Below, piece by piece: positions 55,663 through 64,000 of a DNA stretch of 64,000 nt. The stretch's first letter is position 1, and each line of letters starts with the position of its first letter. The stretch lies in the IMG/VR virus record IMGVR_UViG_3300017650_000009; one strand, 5' to 3'. Under the pieces are notes generated by a model. The model did no database searches and was not told the DNA's origin. It saw only the letters and a program-made list of their open reading frames with translations. The stretch is from a virus. Taxonomy: Duplodnaviria > Heunggongvirae > Uroviricota > Caudoviricetes. A program made the position numbers and the translations under genes.

Positions 55663-56112
55663 ATGACTTTACGCCGTGGTGCTCGCTTTTCGGTTAACTA
55701 TTCACAGCCAGTTAAATCTTTTCGACAACGACAAGAAGATAATTGTTTCAAAAGGCTCAATCAGGTGAAGACATATTTTATCTCACCTGATCGCAAGCAA
55801 TCGGTTATTAGAATGTTGACACGCAAACATTCCAATCCATATGCGTGTTACGGTAGTTTGTGGACCGAATGGAGTGCATTCTTGGTTTCCGGGAAATTCT
55901 ACAAACAGTACAAGGAACTTACAAAGCTTGCACAAGAACATTCGAAAGAGCTGATGGGATTTTGTAACCATAATTACGAGATGTTCGATGACCCTGAATT
56001 GGGAATGGCGCTTCTACAGACAACAGTAATGTTGGAGAAATTACATTTCAAACCATATATAACGGAAAATCTTAATCATCGACTTATCATGGCAAAGCTT
56101 GCTATAGGTTGA
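55663..56112 (+). CDS. hypothetical protein (AKL tail)
   Basis: Ends HRLIMAKLAIG. Confidence 0.6.
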   Translation: MTLRRGARFSVNYSQPVKSFRQRQEDNCFKRLNQVKTYFISPDRKQSVIRMLTRKHSNPYACYGSLWTEWSAFLVSGKFYKQYKELTKLAQEHSKELMGFCNHNYEMFDDPELGMALLQTTVMLEKLHFKPYITENLNHRLIMAKLAIG

Positions 56113-56157
56113 CTTCCTAGATCTCCTATTATATGTGTGAGCAAAGGAGATCCATAA

Positions 56158-56604
56158 ATGGTAATGAAGCACCCAGGATATTTTGAGCAACAAGAGCGTA
56201 TAGCCGCTGACTGGGAGCGGTATCAACTGGCTCGTATTACACGAGTTTATGATCGATTCTATGATCCAAATCGTGATAAGACACTTCGTCTATTACTGGA
56301 CCACAATCTATATGATTGCGCATTCGTTCGATATCAAACTGTTTTGATATCCACGCAGGAATGGGTCAAGACCGGCAAGGTATTGCCAGAGTCCGTAAAG
56401 TCGGCTTTAGAACGTCTCGAAACACGAGTAAAGCGTTATGCTCAACAGATGATCAACCTTTGTAATAACCGACATCATCTGTTGGATGCAAAGCGTATGG
56501 AACGACTTTACAAGTACACTTTGTTGTTCCGTGAGTTGGGTATTCCGATCTATTTGTCCAAGTGGATGCAACATCAGTTCATCATGTTCAAGTTGGAATC
56601 ATGA
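56158..56604 (+). CDS. hypothetical protein (FKL tail)
   Basis: AAAGGAGATCC leader; ends HQFIMFKLES. Confidence 0.65.
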   Translation: MVMKHPGYFEQQERIAADWERYQLARITRVYDRFYDPNRDKTLRLLLDHNLYDCAFVRYQTVLISTQEWVKTGKVLPESVKSALERLETRVKRYAQQMINLCNNRHHLLDAKRMERLYKYTLLFRELGIPIYLSKWMQHQFIMFKLES

Positions 56605-56924
56605 GTTTTATGCAATTCTTTCGTTTCCATAGCACTAGTTTTACCAATTTTGATTGGTGCGTACATTTGCGTCATGATGGATTCTCATTATTGCCTGATG
56701 GATTACGACATGGAAAGGTTGATAATAAACCATTTGATCGTTGTGTGATTCGAGATTTGTTGGAAAAAGATCCAGTATTTGCTGGATTGGAAACCGAGAC
56801 ATTCATATTCACGGGACAACTCAATATGTTTGGGTTATCATCGAATCAAATGGTCTACTTTAGACTCACATATGTGGGCGAAGAACTAACAGAACCCAAA
56901 TTCAGAATGCTGGAGTCCAGATAA
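56601..56924 (+). CDS. hypothetical protein, paralog of 57402
   Basis: ATGA overlap; MVYFRLTY. Confidence 0.55.
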   Translation: MSFMQFFRFHSTSFTNFDWCVHLRHDGFSLLPDGLRHGKVDNKPFDRCVIRDLLEKDPVFAGLETETFIFTGQLNMFGLSSNQMVYFRLTYVGEELTEPKFRMLESR

Positions 56925-57401
56925 TGAAATTACCAATGATTACAAACGCTCGTACTCATTGTGTTGGGCTTGTATTGGTTTCGTTTATCGGATTTACCCT
57001 ATTGGCTTTGCCGTACGAGTTTCCTTGGTGGCTCCGAGTTTTGGGTTTCATAATCATGCTTGTGGGGTTAATCTATCCGGATAGCCAACCAACGAAAGCC
57101 GACAAAGTTATCGGGCTCGAAGAGTAGGAACCATGCGTATTTTTATTAAATTATCAATTTGGTGGCTAAAGCTTTGGTGTTTCATTGGACTCATTTGTAT
57201 GAGTAAATTCATCTGGGATAGTTACGACCGACTAGCAGAGGTACCACGTGTCGATGCCATTTGTACGACGTTGCTGGCGTTTTTGCTACCTGCGTTTTTT
57301 GGTTGTATTCCACTCGCAGCTATTGGTTTATCTCAATCAGATAATCCCGATGACTGGTCATGAATCTCATCATGTGGCAACAGTCGATTTGGTAAGCAAT
57401 A

Positions 57402-57707
57402 ATGGCGCTATTGGCAACTTTTGATCTCACGGGCTTTGATCAACTGCAAGGCAAATGGCACGGCGATATTACGGATAACCGAGGACACTTGTTTCCTCGG
57501 TTATCAACATATTCGGATTTCTTCAGACTACGCGACGATATTCGGTACATTCGGATGTCACTAGAAGACGTGCCCATACTTGATGGACTTCATATTGAGG
57601 AAAATTTAGCTGCCGAATATATCCTATTGAGGGATATCAAAATGGAACACCTAGTATATCTGCGTCTCGTATATATGGACAATTATATCCAACGTAAGAA
57701 CGCCTAA
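57402..57707 (+). CDS. hypothetical protein, paralog of 56601
   Basis: HLVYLRLVY. Confidence 0.55.
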   Translation: MALLATFDLTGFDQLQGKWHGDITDNRGHLFPRLSTYSDFFRLRDDIRYIRMSLEDVPILDGLHIEENLAAEYILLRDIKMEHLVYLRLVYMDNYIQRKNA

Positions 57708-57808
57708 AAGAGATAAAAAACTTATAATTTTGAAAAAAAACATGTTGACCTTGGAATTAACCTAATGTATAAATAAGAACATAAGCAGGAACACAAGCTT
57801 GCTTATAA

Positions 57809-57884
<76 letters not shown>

Positions 57885-57885
57885 T

Positions 57886-57968
57886 GCGCTTGTGGCGAAA
57901 TCGGTAGACGCACCAGATTTAGGTTCTGGCGAGTGATCGTGGGGGTTCGAGTCCCTCCAAGCGCACCA
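57886..57968 (+). tRNA. tRNA-Leu(TAG), conventional long variable arm
   Basis: Loop TTTAGGT, CCA. Confidence 0.95.
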
Positions 57969-58024
57969 AAGGGATTGGATTAAGTCGGCAGCACGCTGGT
58001 TCGTGACGGACTCCGATCTCTCTT

Positions 58025-58052
58025 AAAAGCTGTTCTTCGGAGCAGCTTTTTT
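58025..58052 (+). terminator. intrinsic terminator
   Basis: AAAAGCTGTTC-TTCG-GAGCAGCTTTTTT. Confidence 0.85.
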
Positions 58053-58063
58053 ATTGACTATCA

Positions 58064-58549
58064 TTGGAATCCTGTTATTACATGTTAGTAACTGGGAGTT
58101 TCCAATTGTCGTTATTTGACCACTACCGAACACTTACTGAAGCAACATTTCAAAGAAATGGCATTAAAGCGCTATCTCAGAATGAGTTTCTCATACACAA
58201 GCTGGCAAATTCCGAATGGTTCAGCGAGGTTAATCAGTTCGCAAGAGATCGCGATGATAACTCACTGTTAACCCAATGTACGATCCTACAATATTCATTT
58301 GTGGATTATGACGATCAAATTGGTCTTCCTTCTCAAGGAAAACATTTAGTTGCGTTGCTGTTTTACCTACGACAAAAGACGGACAACCATATTGGTTCCA
58401 TCGGACTAGTAATGTTGGGAAAACATGAGCCCAGGAGCGGTATATTTGGTGAAATGCTTTTTGATTTGTGCTCGACTGATCAGGAATATCGAACACAAGT
58501 TGAAGAATTTCGTCTATTTGGGAAACGAAATTTGAGGCCATTCGAATAG
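58064..58549 (+). CDS. hypothetical protein, paralog of the next gene
   Basis: LIHKLANSEWFSEV; ends in TAG; start uncertain. Confidence 0.6.
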   Translation: MESCYYMLVTGSFQLSLFDHYRTLTEATFQRNGIKALSQNEFLIHKLANSEWFSEVNQFARDRDDNSLLTQCTILQYSFVDYDDQIGLPSQGKHLVALLFYLRQKTDNHIGSIGLVMLGKHEPRSGIFGEMLFDLCSTDQEYRTQVEEFRLFGKRNLRPFE

Positions 58550-58561
58550 TGGTTAATTGAT

Positions 58562-58996
58562 ATGAATATTACGAAAATCTCTTACAAGTTGAAAAAGATA
58601 CTCTCCGACAACCACATACAAATGCTCAATGATGAGCAGAAGCTCATCCATAAATTAGCGAATGCTGAATGGTTTAGCCAAGTAGAGAATTTCGTAAAAA
58701 TACGAAATTTTATTTCTCCGAGTATGGTATGCAAATGTAATTTATTGGGATATCTTGAAGTTGATTATAAAACACCCATTGGGGTTGAATCAAATGGTCA
58801 ACGTATAATTGCACTAGTTGTCTACTACTTTGGTAATAGTGAAACCAAAGATTATTTTTCTTTAGTCGCACTTAGTGAGTTCGTAGCTGAAGATATGCCA
58901 ATCATATATTTCGATTTCCATCGCAATGTTGGTGATCTATATGCACAGGCATATGGGTTCACCCAAACGGGTGAACTAAATTTACCTCGAAGATAG
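58562..58996 (+). CDS. hypothetical protein, paralog of the previous gene
   Basis: LIHKLANAEWFSQV; in frame with 58064. Confidence 0.6.
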   Translation: MNITKISYKLKKILSDNHIQMLNDEQKLIHKLANAEWFSQVENFVKIRNFISPSMVCKCNLLGYLEVDYKTPIGVESNGQRIIALVVYYFGNSETKDYFSLVALSEFVAEDMPIIYFDFHRNVGDLYAQAYGFTQTGELNLPRR

Positions 58997-59055
58997 TTGT
59001 TGACTTCTGAGTTGTTCCTGTTATAAGTTGGGCACCAAAACTAAGGAGACCCTTA

Positions 59056-60213
59056 ATGCGACTGCTAGGTGCAATAATTACGTTCTTTATGCTCACGTCA
59101 TGGGCCTCCGCGCTCGAATTCAAATATGTCGATAACATGCCGGATCTGATCCTAGTGCAGGGTCCATTCGAAGCTGATGATAATCTCGACACGTTCGTCA
59201 ATATGGTTCGAGCCAAAAATATCAAACTCGTCACATTCAACAGTAACGGTGGAAACACATATAAGAGTTTCGAGCTTGGTCGAACAATTCGTCGACTCGG
59301 ATTGGACACTATTCAACTTCGATCAAATAATTGCGAGAGTGCTTGTGCGTTCGCATTTATGGGTGGCGTGAATCGAAATGCCCAGCCAGGTTCTATTGGT
59401 ATTCACCAGTCTGCATTCACATCTAAGGATATCGAAACTGATGTTGCCGTTATTGCAATTCAATTACTAGTGGCGGATATTGTTGCGTATCATACCGAAA
59501 TGGGCATTGACCCTTCGATTTTGCATCTTATGATGTCAACTCCTAATTCGGATATTCGTTACCTAAGTGTTGATGAAATGGTTCGATTTAAAATGATCAC
59601 CATTGATCCACGTATGGCTCCCACTCAAGTGGTTGAGGAAGAAGCCGAAGAGGATGAAGAAGCACCAGCGGAAGGTGATTTGGAAGCCAGTGTTAGAGCT
59701 TTCCCTATTATGTTTTTGGATGCATGGGCTAATCCCGATGTCAATTTGAATGAATTCATTCGGCTGAATTATTCGCCAAAGACAAAGTTCTATACACGTG
59801 ATTACAACCATGCTGAAATCGTTAAGGATAAAGGCGCAGTTGCAAAGCGTTGGCCTGTCCGCATCTATGCAGTACGCGATGATGAAACTCGTGTATGGTG
59901 TTCCTCTAGTATTTGTACGGTTTCCACATTAGTGGATTGGTATGTCTTCAATCCAAAGACAAAAAAGTCGTCCAGTGGAACGTCTCGGTTCGAATATGTT
60001 TTGGATCGCAATTCGGAAACCATCGTTGAGGAAAATGGCGAAGCAATATCGACGGATAAGGGTAACCCAGGCATGGAACGTGTTGGTCGTACCCTGAATA
60101 AGGAACTCGAAGCATGTTCGGTAGAGCAGCCAAACGCTAACGGTTATAAGCCGGCTTGCGTTCGTGCAAAAGTGATTTACGATCAGATTGATCGTGCAAA
60201 GGGACATTTCTAA
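59056..60213 (+). CDS. exported COG3904-like (ClpP/crotonase-fold) protein
   Basis: Signal peptide; FNSNGG, CESACAFAFMGGVNR, GSIGIHQ. Confidence 0.8.
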   Translation: MRLLGAIITFFMLTSWASALEFKYVDNMPDLILVQGPFEADDNLDTFVNMVRAKNIKLVTFNSNGGNTYKSFELGRTIRRLGLDTIQLRSNNCESACAFAFMGGVNRNAQPGSIGIHQSAFTSKDIETDVAVIAIQLLVADIVAYHTEMGIDPSILHLMMSTPNSDIRYLSVDEMVRFKMITIDPRMAPTQVVEEEAEEDEEAPAEGDLEASVRAFPIMFLDAWANPDVNLNEFIRLNYSPKTKFYTRDYNHAEIVKDKGAVAKRWPVRIYAVRDDETRVWCSSSICTVSTLVDWYVFNPKTKKSSSGTSRFEYVLDRNSETIVEENGEAISTDKGNPGMERVGRTLNKELEACSVEQPNANGYKPACVRAKVIYDQIDRAKGHF

Positions 60214-60225
60214 GGAATCCAATTT

Positions 60226-60804
60226 ATGAAAACCACACCTATTATTACGCAAGAACTTGAGCGGATTTATCAGAATCAGCTACAAGGCAAAAAGACGTGG
60301 GTCATTTTTGAGAAGCCAAATAACCAGCGTACAGGTTCCATTGGGCTCATTGAGCTGCCAAAGGATTTCATTGATTCTAGTCGAACTGTGTACTCAAACA
60401 CATCGGTACATTGGTACGCATACTCTAGTAGATCCGTTATTATTCGATTCCCGGAAGTCTCTAAAAAGACAATCCGTGTAAAGAGTCAGCACTTGTTTTC
60501 GCAAGTGAAAATCATCGAAGATTATGAGGGCGAACCCGTACTCACCGATGTTACTGATTTTGGCCCACCTCCTGTCCTTCTGGATCAGTTTGGGGTCGAA
60601 ATTAAACCAAATGATTTCATTGTCTACTTGAGTTACGGAAAGGTGAGTTTCGCCACCGTGCAAAAGATTACCCAATCCAAACGTGTTTACATCCGTACGA
60701 TGAGTGGCGCAGAATCATATATCCTTGATGTTGGACAGATTGTGATTGTAGATGATAAACTACGTCAGCGCGCCATGTTAAAGAAGTTATCTGGTGGTGT
60801 ATGA
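60226..60804 (+). CDS. paralog family A protein
   Basis: QRTGSIGLI...IEDYEG...DQFGVEIKPND...KKLSGG. Confidence 0.7.
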   Translation: MKTTPIITQELERIYQNQLQGKKTWVIFEKPNNQRTGSIGLIELPKDFIDSSRTVYSNTSVHWYAYSSRSVIIRFPEVSKKTIRVKSQHLFSQVKIIEDYEGEPVLTDVTDFGPPPVLLDQFGVEIKPNDFIVYLSYGKVSFATVQKITQSKRVYIRTMSGAESYILDVGQIVIVDDKLRQRAMLKKLSGGV

Positions 60805-61451
60805 CTAAAATCAATTTGAGTTTGTGGGATCAGAGCCAGTTTACCCCGAATGATCGTATAGAGTTCAACAAACGACTTTACGATGGCGATGGTATATGGG
60901 TTACATTTGTTCGTGGGGCTCGAACGGGCACCATAGCTAAATTATGGCCGCATAATTATCATCCAACCTCAAACCCAAAGCCATCATTTCCGATTAATAC
61001 CGGGTCGAAGAATTGCGCATTACGTTCAACGTGGGTCGGAACAGCCCGTTTGGATATGGTTGTACGATGTATGTTGGATTATGGTCCAGAACGAAAGAAC
61101 AGATTCAAAGAAGTTCATATATGGGATTTCTATCTGGCTTGGCTGCCTGATTATGAAGGTACATATCATTTCGAGTATAAGAAACAATCTACGCCAGTCA
61201 AACAAATATGCTTGAAGGATCGGCTTGGCACTGAATTGAAACTCGGTGATATTGTTTCGTATTCTCATGATAACACCCTAGTTGTGGGTAAAATTGAGAA
61301 ATTCCTTCCAGCAACTATTGTTGTGGCTCGGTTCGATATGGATGAATTTTCACGAGCCCCAAAACGTAAAATGGTTCGGCAAGCAAGTGATCTTATGAAA
61401 CTCGATAACGAGCTTATGCGTCGACTTACAATGGCAAAGCTTGCAAATTAA
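60801..61451 (+). CDS. paralog family A protein
   Basis: RTGTIAKL...WLPDYEG...DRLGTELKLGD...MAKLAN. Confidence 0.7.
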   Translation: MTKINLSLWDQSQFTPNDRIEFNKRLYDGDGIWVTFVRGARTGTIAKLWPHNYHPTSNPKPSFPINTGSKNCALRSTWVGTARLDMVVRCMLDYGPERKNRFKEVHIWDFYLAWLPDYEGTYHFEYKKQSTPVKQICLKDRLGTELKLGDIVSYSHDNTLVVGKIEKFLPATIVVARFDMDEFSRAPKRKMVRQASDLMKLDNELMRRLTMAKLAN

Positions 61452-61502
61452 TATTGACGTTTCACCATGCAATTCATTAGGGTCAACTAAAGGAGACCCC
61501 CT

Positions 61503-62180
61503 ATGTCGTATTCACACATTCAAGCCATGTTCAACAGCTATGTCTATGGCAAGAACACCAAAAGTAAAGTTTTGAAGATGATAAACGACTTATACGACCC
61601 TAACGGGGAAGTATGGGTCAAAGTGACGGATTCATCCAGTTCACGGTTTGGTTCAATTGGTCGGGCATATCCCGCTAATGTTAGGAATCGTGATGACCCC
61701 AAAGAATGGGCACATGCTCTTAAGCTATATCAGGAACAATTCACCTATTACAGTGATAAGACATATTTCCATAAACCAAACATTGTCGTTGAATTTGACA
61801 AAGGCCGAAAGTTGCCAAACGAGTACGGCGTAAATTCAATGGTTGATTGGCTTGAGGATTATAGCGGTGGTTACGTTTGGAACTTCAAACGTAACGTGGG
61901 GGCTTCCAAGCTCAAGGTTCAACCCGTTGATCGTCTTGGGAACAATGTGAATGTAGGTGATCTTGTTGTGTACTCGAAAAAAGAATATAGCCGTCCCGGT
62001 AATACTTTGTATTTTGGTACCGTGAAGAAAATCACACGTTCCGGAATGTGCTATTGTGAGAATATCAAACTTAACGAAAACGACAGCGTATCAACAACCC
62101 GTATTCAACAATCACATGGATTGACCAAGCTATATAAGGAGATCTTTTCAGATCTCACATTGTTGAAACTCCAATACTGA
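61503..62180 (+). CDS. paralog family A protein
   Basis: SRFGSIGRA...WLEDYSG...DRLGNNVNVGD...YFGTVKKI...LKLQY. Confidence 0.7.
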   Translation: MSYSHIQAMFNSYVYGKNTKSKVLKMINDLYDPNGEVWVKVTDSSSSRFGSIGRAYPANVRNRDDPKEWAHALKLYQEQFTYYSDKTYFHKPNIVVEFDKGRKLPNEYGVNSMVDWLEDYSGGYVWNFKRNVGASKLKVQPVDRLGNNVNVGDLVVYSKKEYSRPGNTLYFGTVKKITRSGMCYCENIKLNENDSVSTTRIQQSHGLTKLYKEIFSDLTLLKLQY

Positions 62181-62182
62181 CT

Positions 62183-62476
62183 ATGTTTGATTTTTTGCGA
62201 ATTGTCATTTCGAGAGTCATATCAAAACAAACGTCCGAAATTTACATGACAATGAGTTCGGACGATTTTCACAAAGCTATTGATGCAGCATTTGAGGAAG
62301 GTAGACAACTCGAGCGGTCTCAAATAGAACACCTTCATGTTGGATTTGGTATTAAACCTATGGGTTCCAGTACAACGGATGTTGTTCGTCAAAACGAAGT
62401 TTTTTGTGATTTGAGGATTCATTTCAAATCACGCGAAGATGAACTCATATATCGGTTAGGGAGACAACCAAAATGA
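62183..62476 (+). CDS. hypothetical protein (YRL tail)
   Basis: Ends FKSREDELIYRLGRQPK. Confidence 0.55.
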   Translation: MFDFLRIVISRVISKQTSEIYMTMSSDDFHKAIDAAFEEGRQLERSQIEHLHVGFGIKPMGSSTTDVVRQNEVFCDLRIHFKSREDELIYRLGRQPK

Positions 62477-62567
62477 GAAAACGTCCTTGGTGGATTCGTG
62501 CACTTTGCGCGATTGGTCTGCATAAGAAAATTCATCGCACTAGTTTTAGTGTTTGTGAGCATTGTGA

Positions 62568-62963
62568 ATGGTCGAAGAAAAGATAATCCGTGCAAACCCG
62601 CAGGTTCTCATTGCGATGAAATTATCCGCAGTGGGTCTTGGTTGTGGTTTTATGGATATGAAACCAATTGATGACGAATTGCTTTTCGGTAAACCTGATA
62701 TAAATTTATCCGGTTCATGGGCATTCGGGGCAATTGGTATTGATTTCCCTGAAAACCATTTCACTTATGGGAACCAACAATATGGTTTGGTTTTCATAGA
62801 GAAAGTAAAAAGCTATTTCATTGGATTGGCGTCGATCATAGATCTTGAACGTGAATCGATGCGTTTTAGGAAATGCGCAAGCCTTGGTGAGGCAATGGCT
62901 CTAGCTAGGGATCCACGAACATATCATCATGTTACATCCAAGCTTAATCGGCTACATCCTTAA
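62568..62963 (+). CDS. hypothetical protein
   Basis: 131-aa ORF. Confidence 0.5.
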   Translation: MVEEKIIRANPQVLIAMKLSAVGLGCGFMDMKPIDDELLFGKPDINLSGSWAFGAIGIDFPENHFTYGNQQYGLVFIEKVKSYFIGLASIIDLERESMRFRKCASLGEAMALARDPRTYHHVTSKLNRLHP

Positions 62964-63415
62964 TTGCGCTTTTCTTTACGCCGGGCCTCATGAAAGCGAG
63001 CCATATCTTCGCGGGTCTTTTCCTTGTGGCAATCCGAACAAAGCAAGCGTAAGTTGTCAGCTTGCCAATAACTAGGATCACCGTTGGCCTCGAATAGTGG
63101 CTTTATATGATCTACGTCGAAATGACCGAAACGATCATGATACCCACAACTCACACAAGTATATTTGTCACGTTTATGGATTGCACGTCTAGCATAAGTC
63201 GGATTGTTCATCGTGTTCCAAATACTAACACATTTGGAATGCCAATGTTTACGGTTATTACGTTTTCCGTTCTCTATAATTTCTTCGCCACAATAACGAC
63301 ATTGTCCGCGAGGAACATTCCAGTGAATCGGTTTTGGTGGTTTGCGATGATTAGCCATAAACTTATTTACTTGACACGCGATTGCACCCAGTAATATGTT
63401 GAACAAAAGGAGCAT
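62960..63415 (-). CDS. HNH endonuclease
   Basis: RDKYTCVSCG...DVDHIKPL...NLRLLCSDCHKEKT; TAAATA upstream. Confidence 0.92.
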   Translation of the reverse strand: MLLLFNILLGAIACQVNKFMANHRKPPKPIHWNVPRGQCRYCGEEIIENGKRNNRKHWHSKCVSIWNTMNNPTYARRAIHKRDKYTCVSCGYHDRFGHFDVDHIKPLFEANGDPSYWQADNLRLLCSDCHKEKTREDMARFHEARRKEKRN

Positions 63416-63418
63416 ATC

Positions 63419-63799
63419 ATGCCGTTAATCAAAGCAGTCAACCAACGCGGTGATCTCGTGGATCGATACGAGATACCCTTCGTAATCCAAACGCAGGAAA
63501 TCACATCAGAGGACTTGCAAATCGTACGTGATCATCGGCGTGATTATGCAATGCAGATCACGGAGCTATCGGCGTTGCAGAAGCAATTCGCGAGGGATAA
63601 AGACTTCGAAGGTGCTAAAGGCGTGAAGGATATTCTTCGCCATTTCACTTCTTGCGAGAAAGCCGCAACGCTCGTAATAAATTGGTGGGAGAAACAAACT
63701 GATCTCCGCACACATGATTTTCCATCTGAAATTCATGATCTTATTGATTATGAGTTCAACAGCATATGTTTGTCGCAGGATCAAAGGCTCGGCATATGA
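63419..63799 (+). CDS. hypothetical protein
   Basis: Promoter and AAAGGAG SD. Confidence 0.65.
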   Translation: MPLIKAVNQRGDLVDRYEIPFVIQTQEITSEDLQIVRDHRRDYAMQITELSALQKQFARDKDFEGAKGVKDILRHFTSCEKAATLVINWWEKQTDLRTHDFPSEIHDLIDYEFNSICLSQDQRLGI

Positions 63800-64000
63800 G
63801 TGCCTGGTGGCTATTGACGTTTTATCCTTTTGTGGCAATTGTTCTGGCTTTCATGCTAATGCAATTTACACCCAAACATGATTGGTACACCTTTTTTACT
63901 CTTTTTGGTGCCAGCATGGGATGGGGGTATTTGGTTATAATGATCCTATACGACTATATTCGATCATACAAAATCAGGAAAAAGGTTGCAAAACAAATCA

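Overview
The window looks like a 64-kb accessory and tRNA region of a large lytic, T4-like (jumbo) dsDNA phage, most likely infecting an Alphaproteobacterium. Supporting evidence: dense small ORFs mostly on the + strand; TTGAC-N16/17-(G/T)TTA/GCTA early promoters; T4-type TAAATA late promoters; alphaproteobacterial-type bS21, DUF1127 and COG3904-like genes. No core replication or major structural genes are present. I read 45 cloverleaf tRNAs covering 19 amino acids (no tRNA-His), including one amber-suppressor (CUA) tRNA. Host-takeover genes include rpsU, frr, clpS, tdk, Hsp20, a RelA/SpoT-type HD hydrolase, an ADP-ribosylglycohydrolase, a Nudix and a MazG-like protein. There are five putative endonuclease genes, three of them abutting or inserted in tRNAs. 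The most notable unexplained signals are: (i) circularly permuted tRNA mimics, one with a Y-RNA/Ro60-type bulged stem; (ii) tRNA scaffolds carrying large insertions; (iii) a leader-peptide attenuator at the head of the main tRNA array; (iv) a tRNA split by an HNH gene plus a replacement tRNA-Leu; (v) two copies of an unknown ~200-nt structured RNA; (vi) a shared C-terminal hydrophobic-[K/R]L tail on more than 20 unrelated small proteins. All structures were read by eye; no database or folding program was run.
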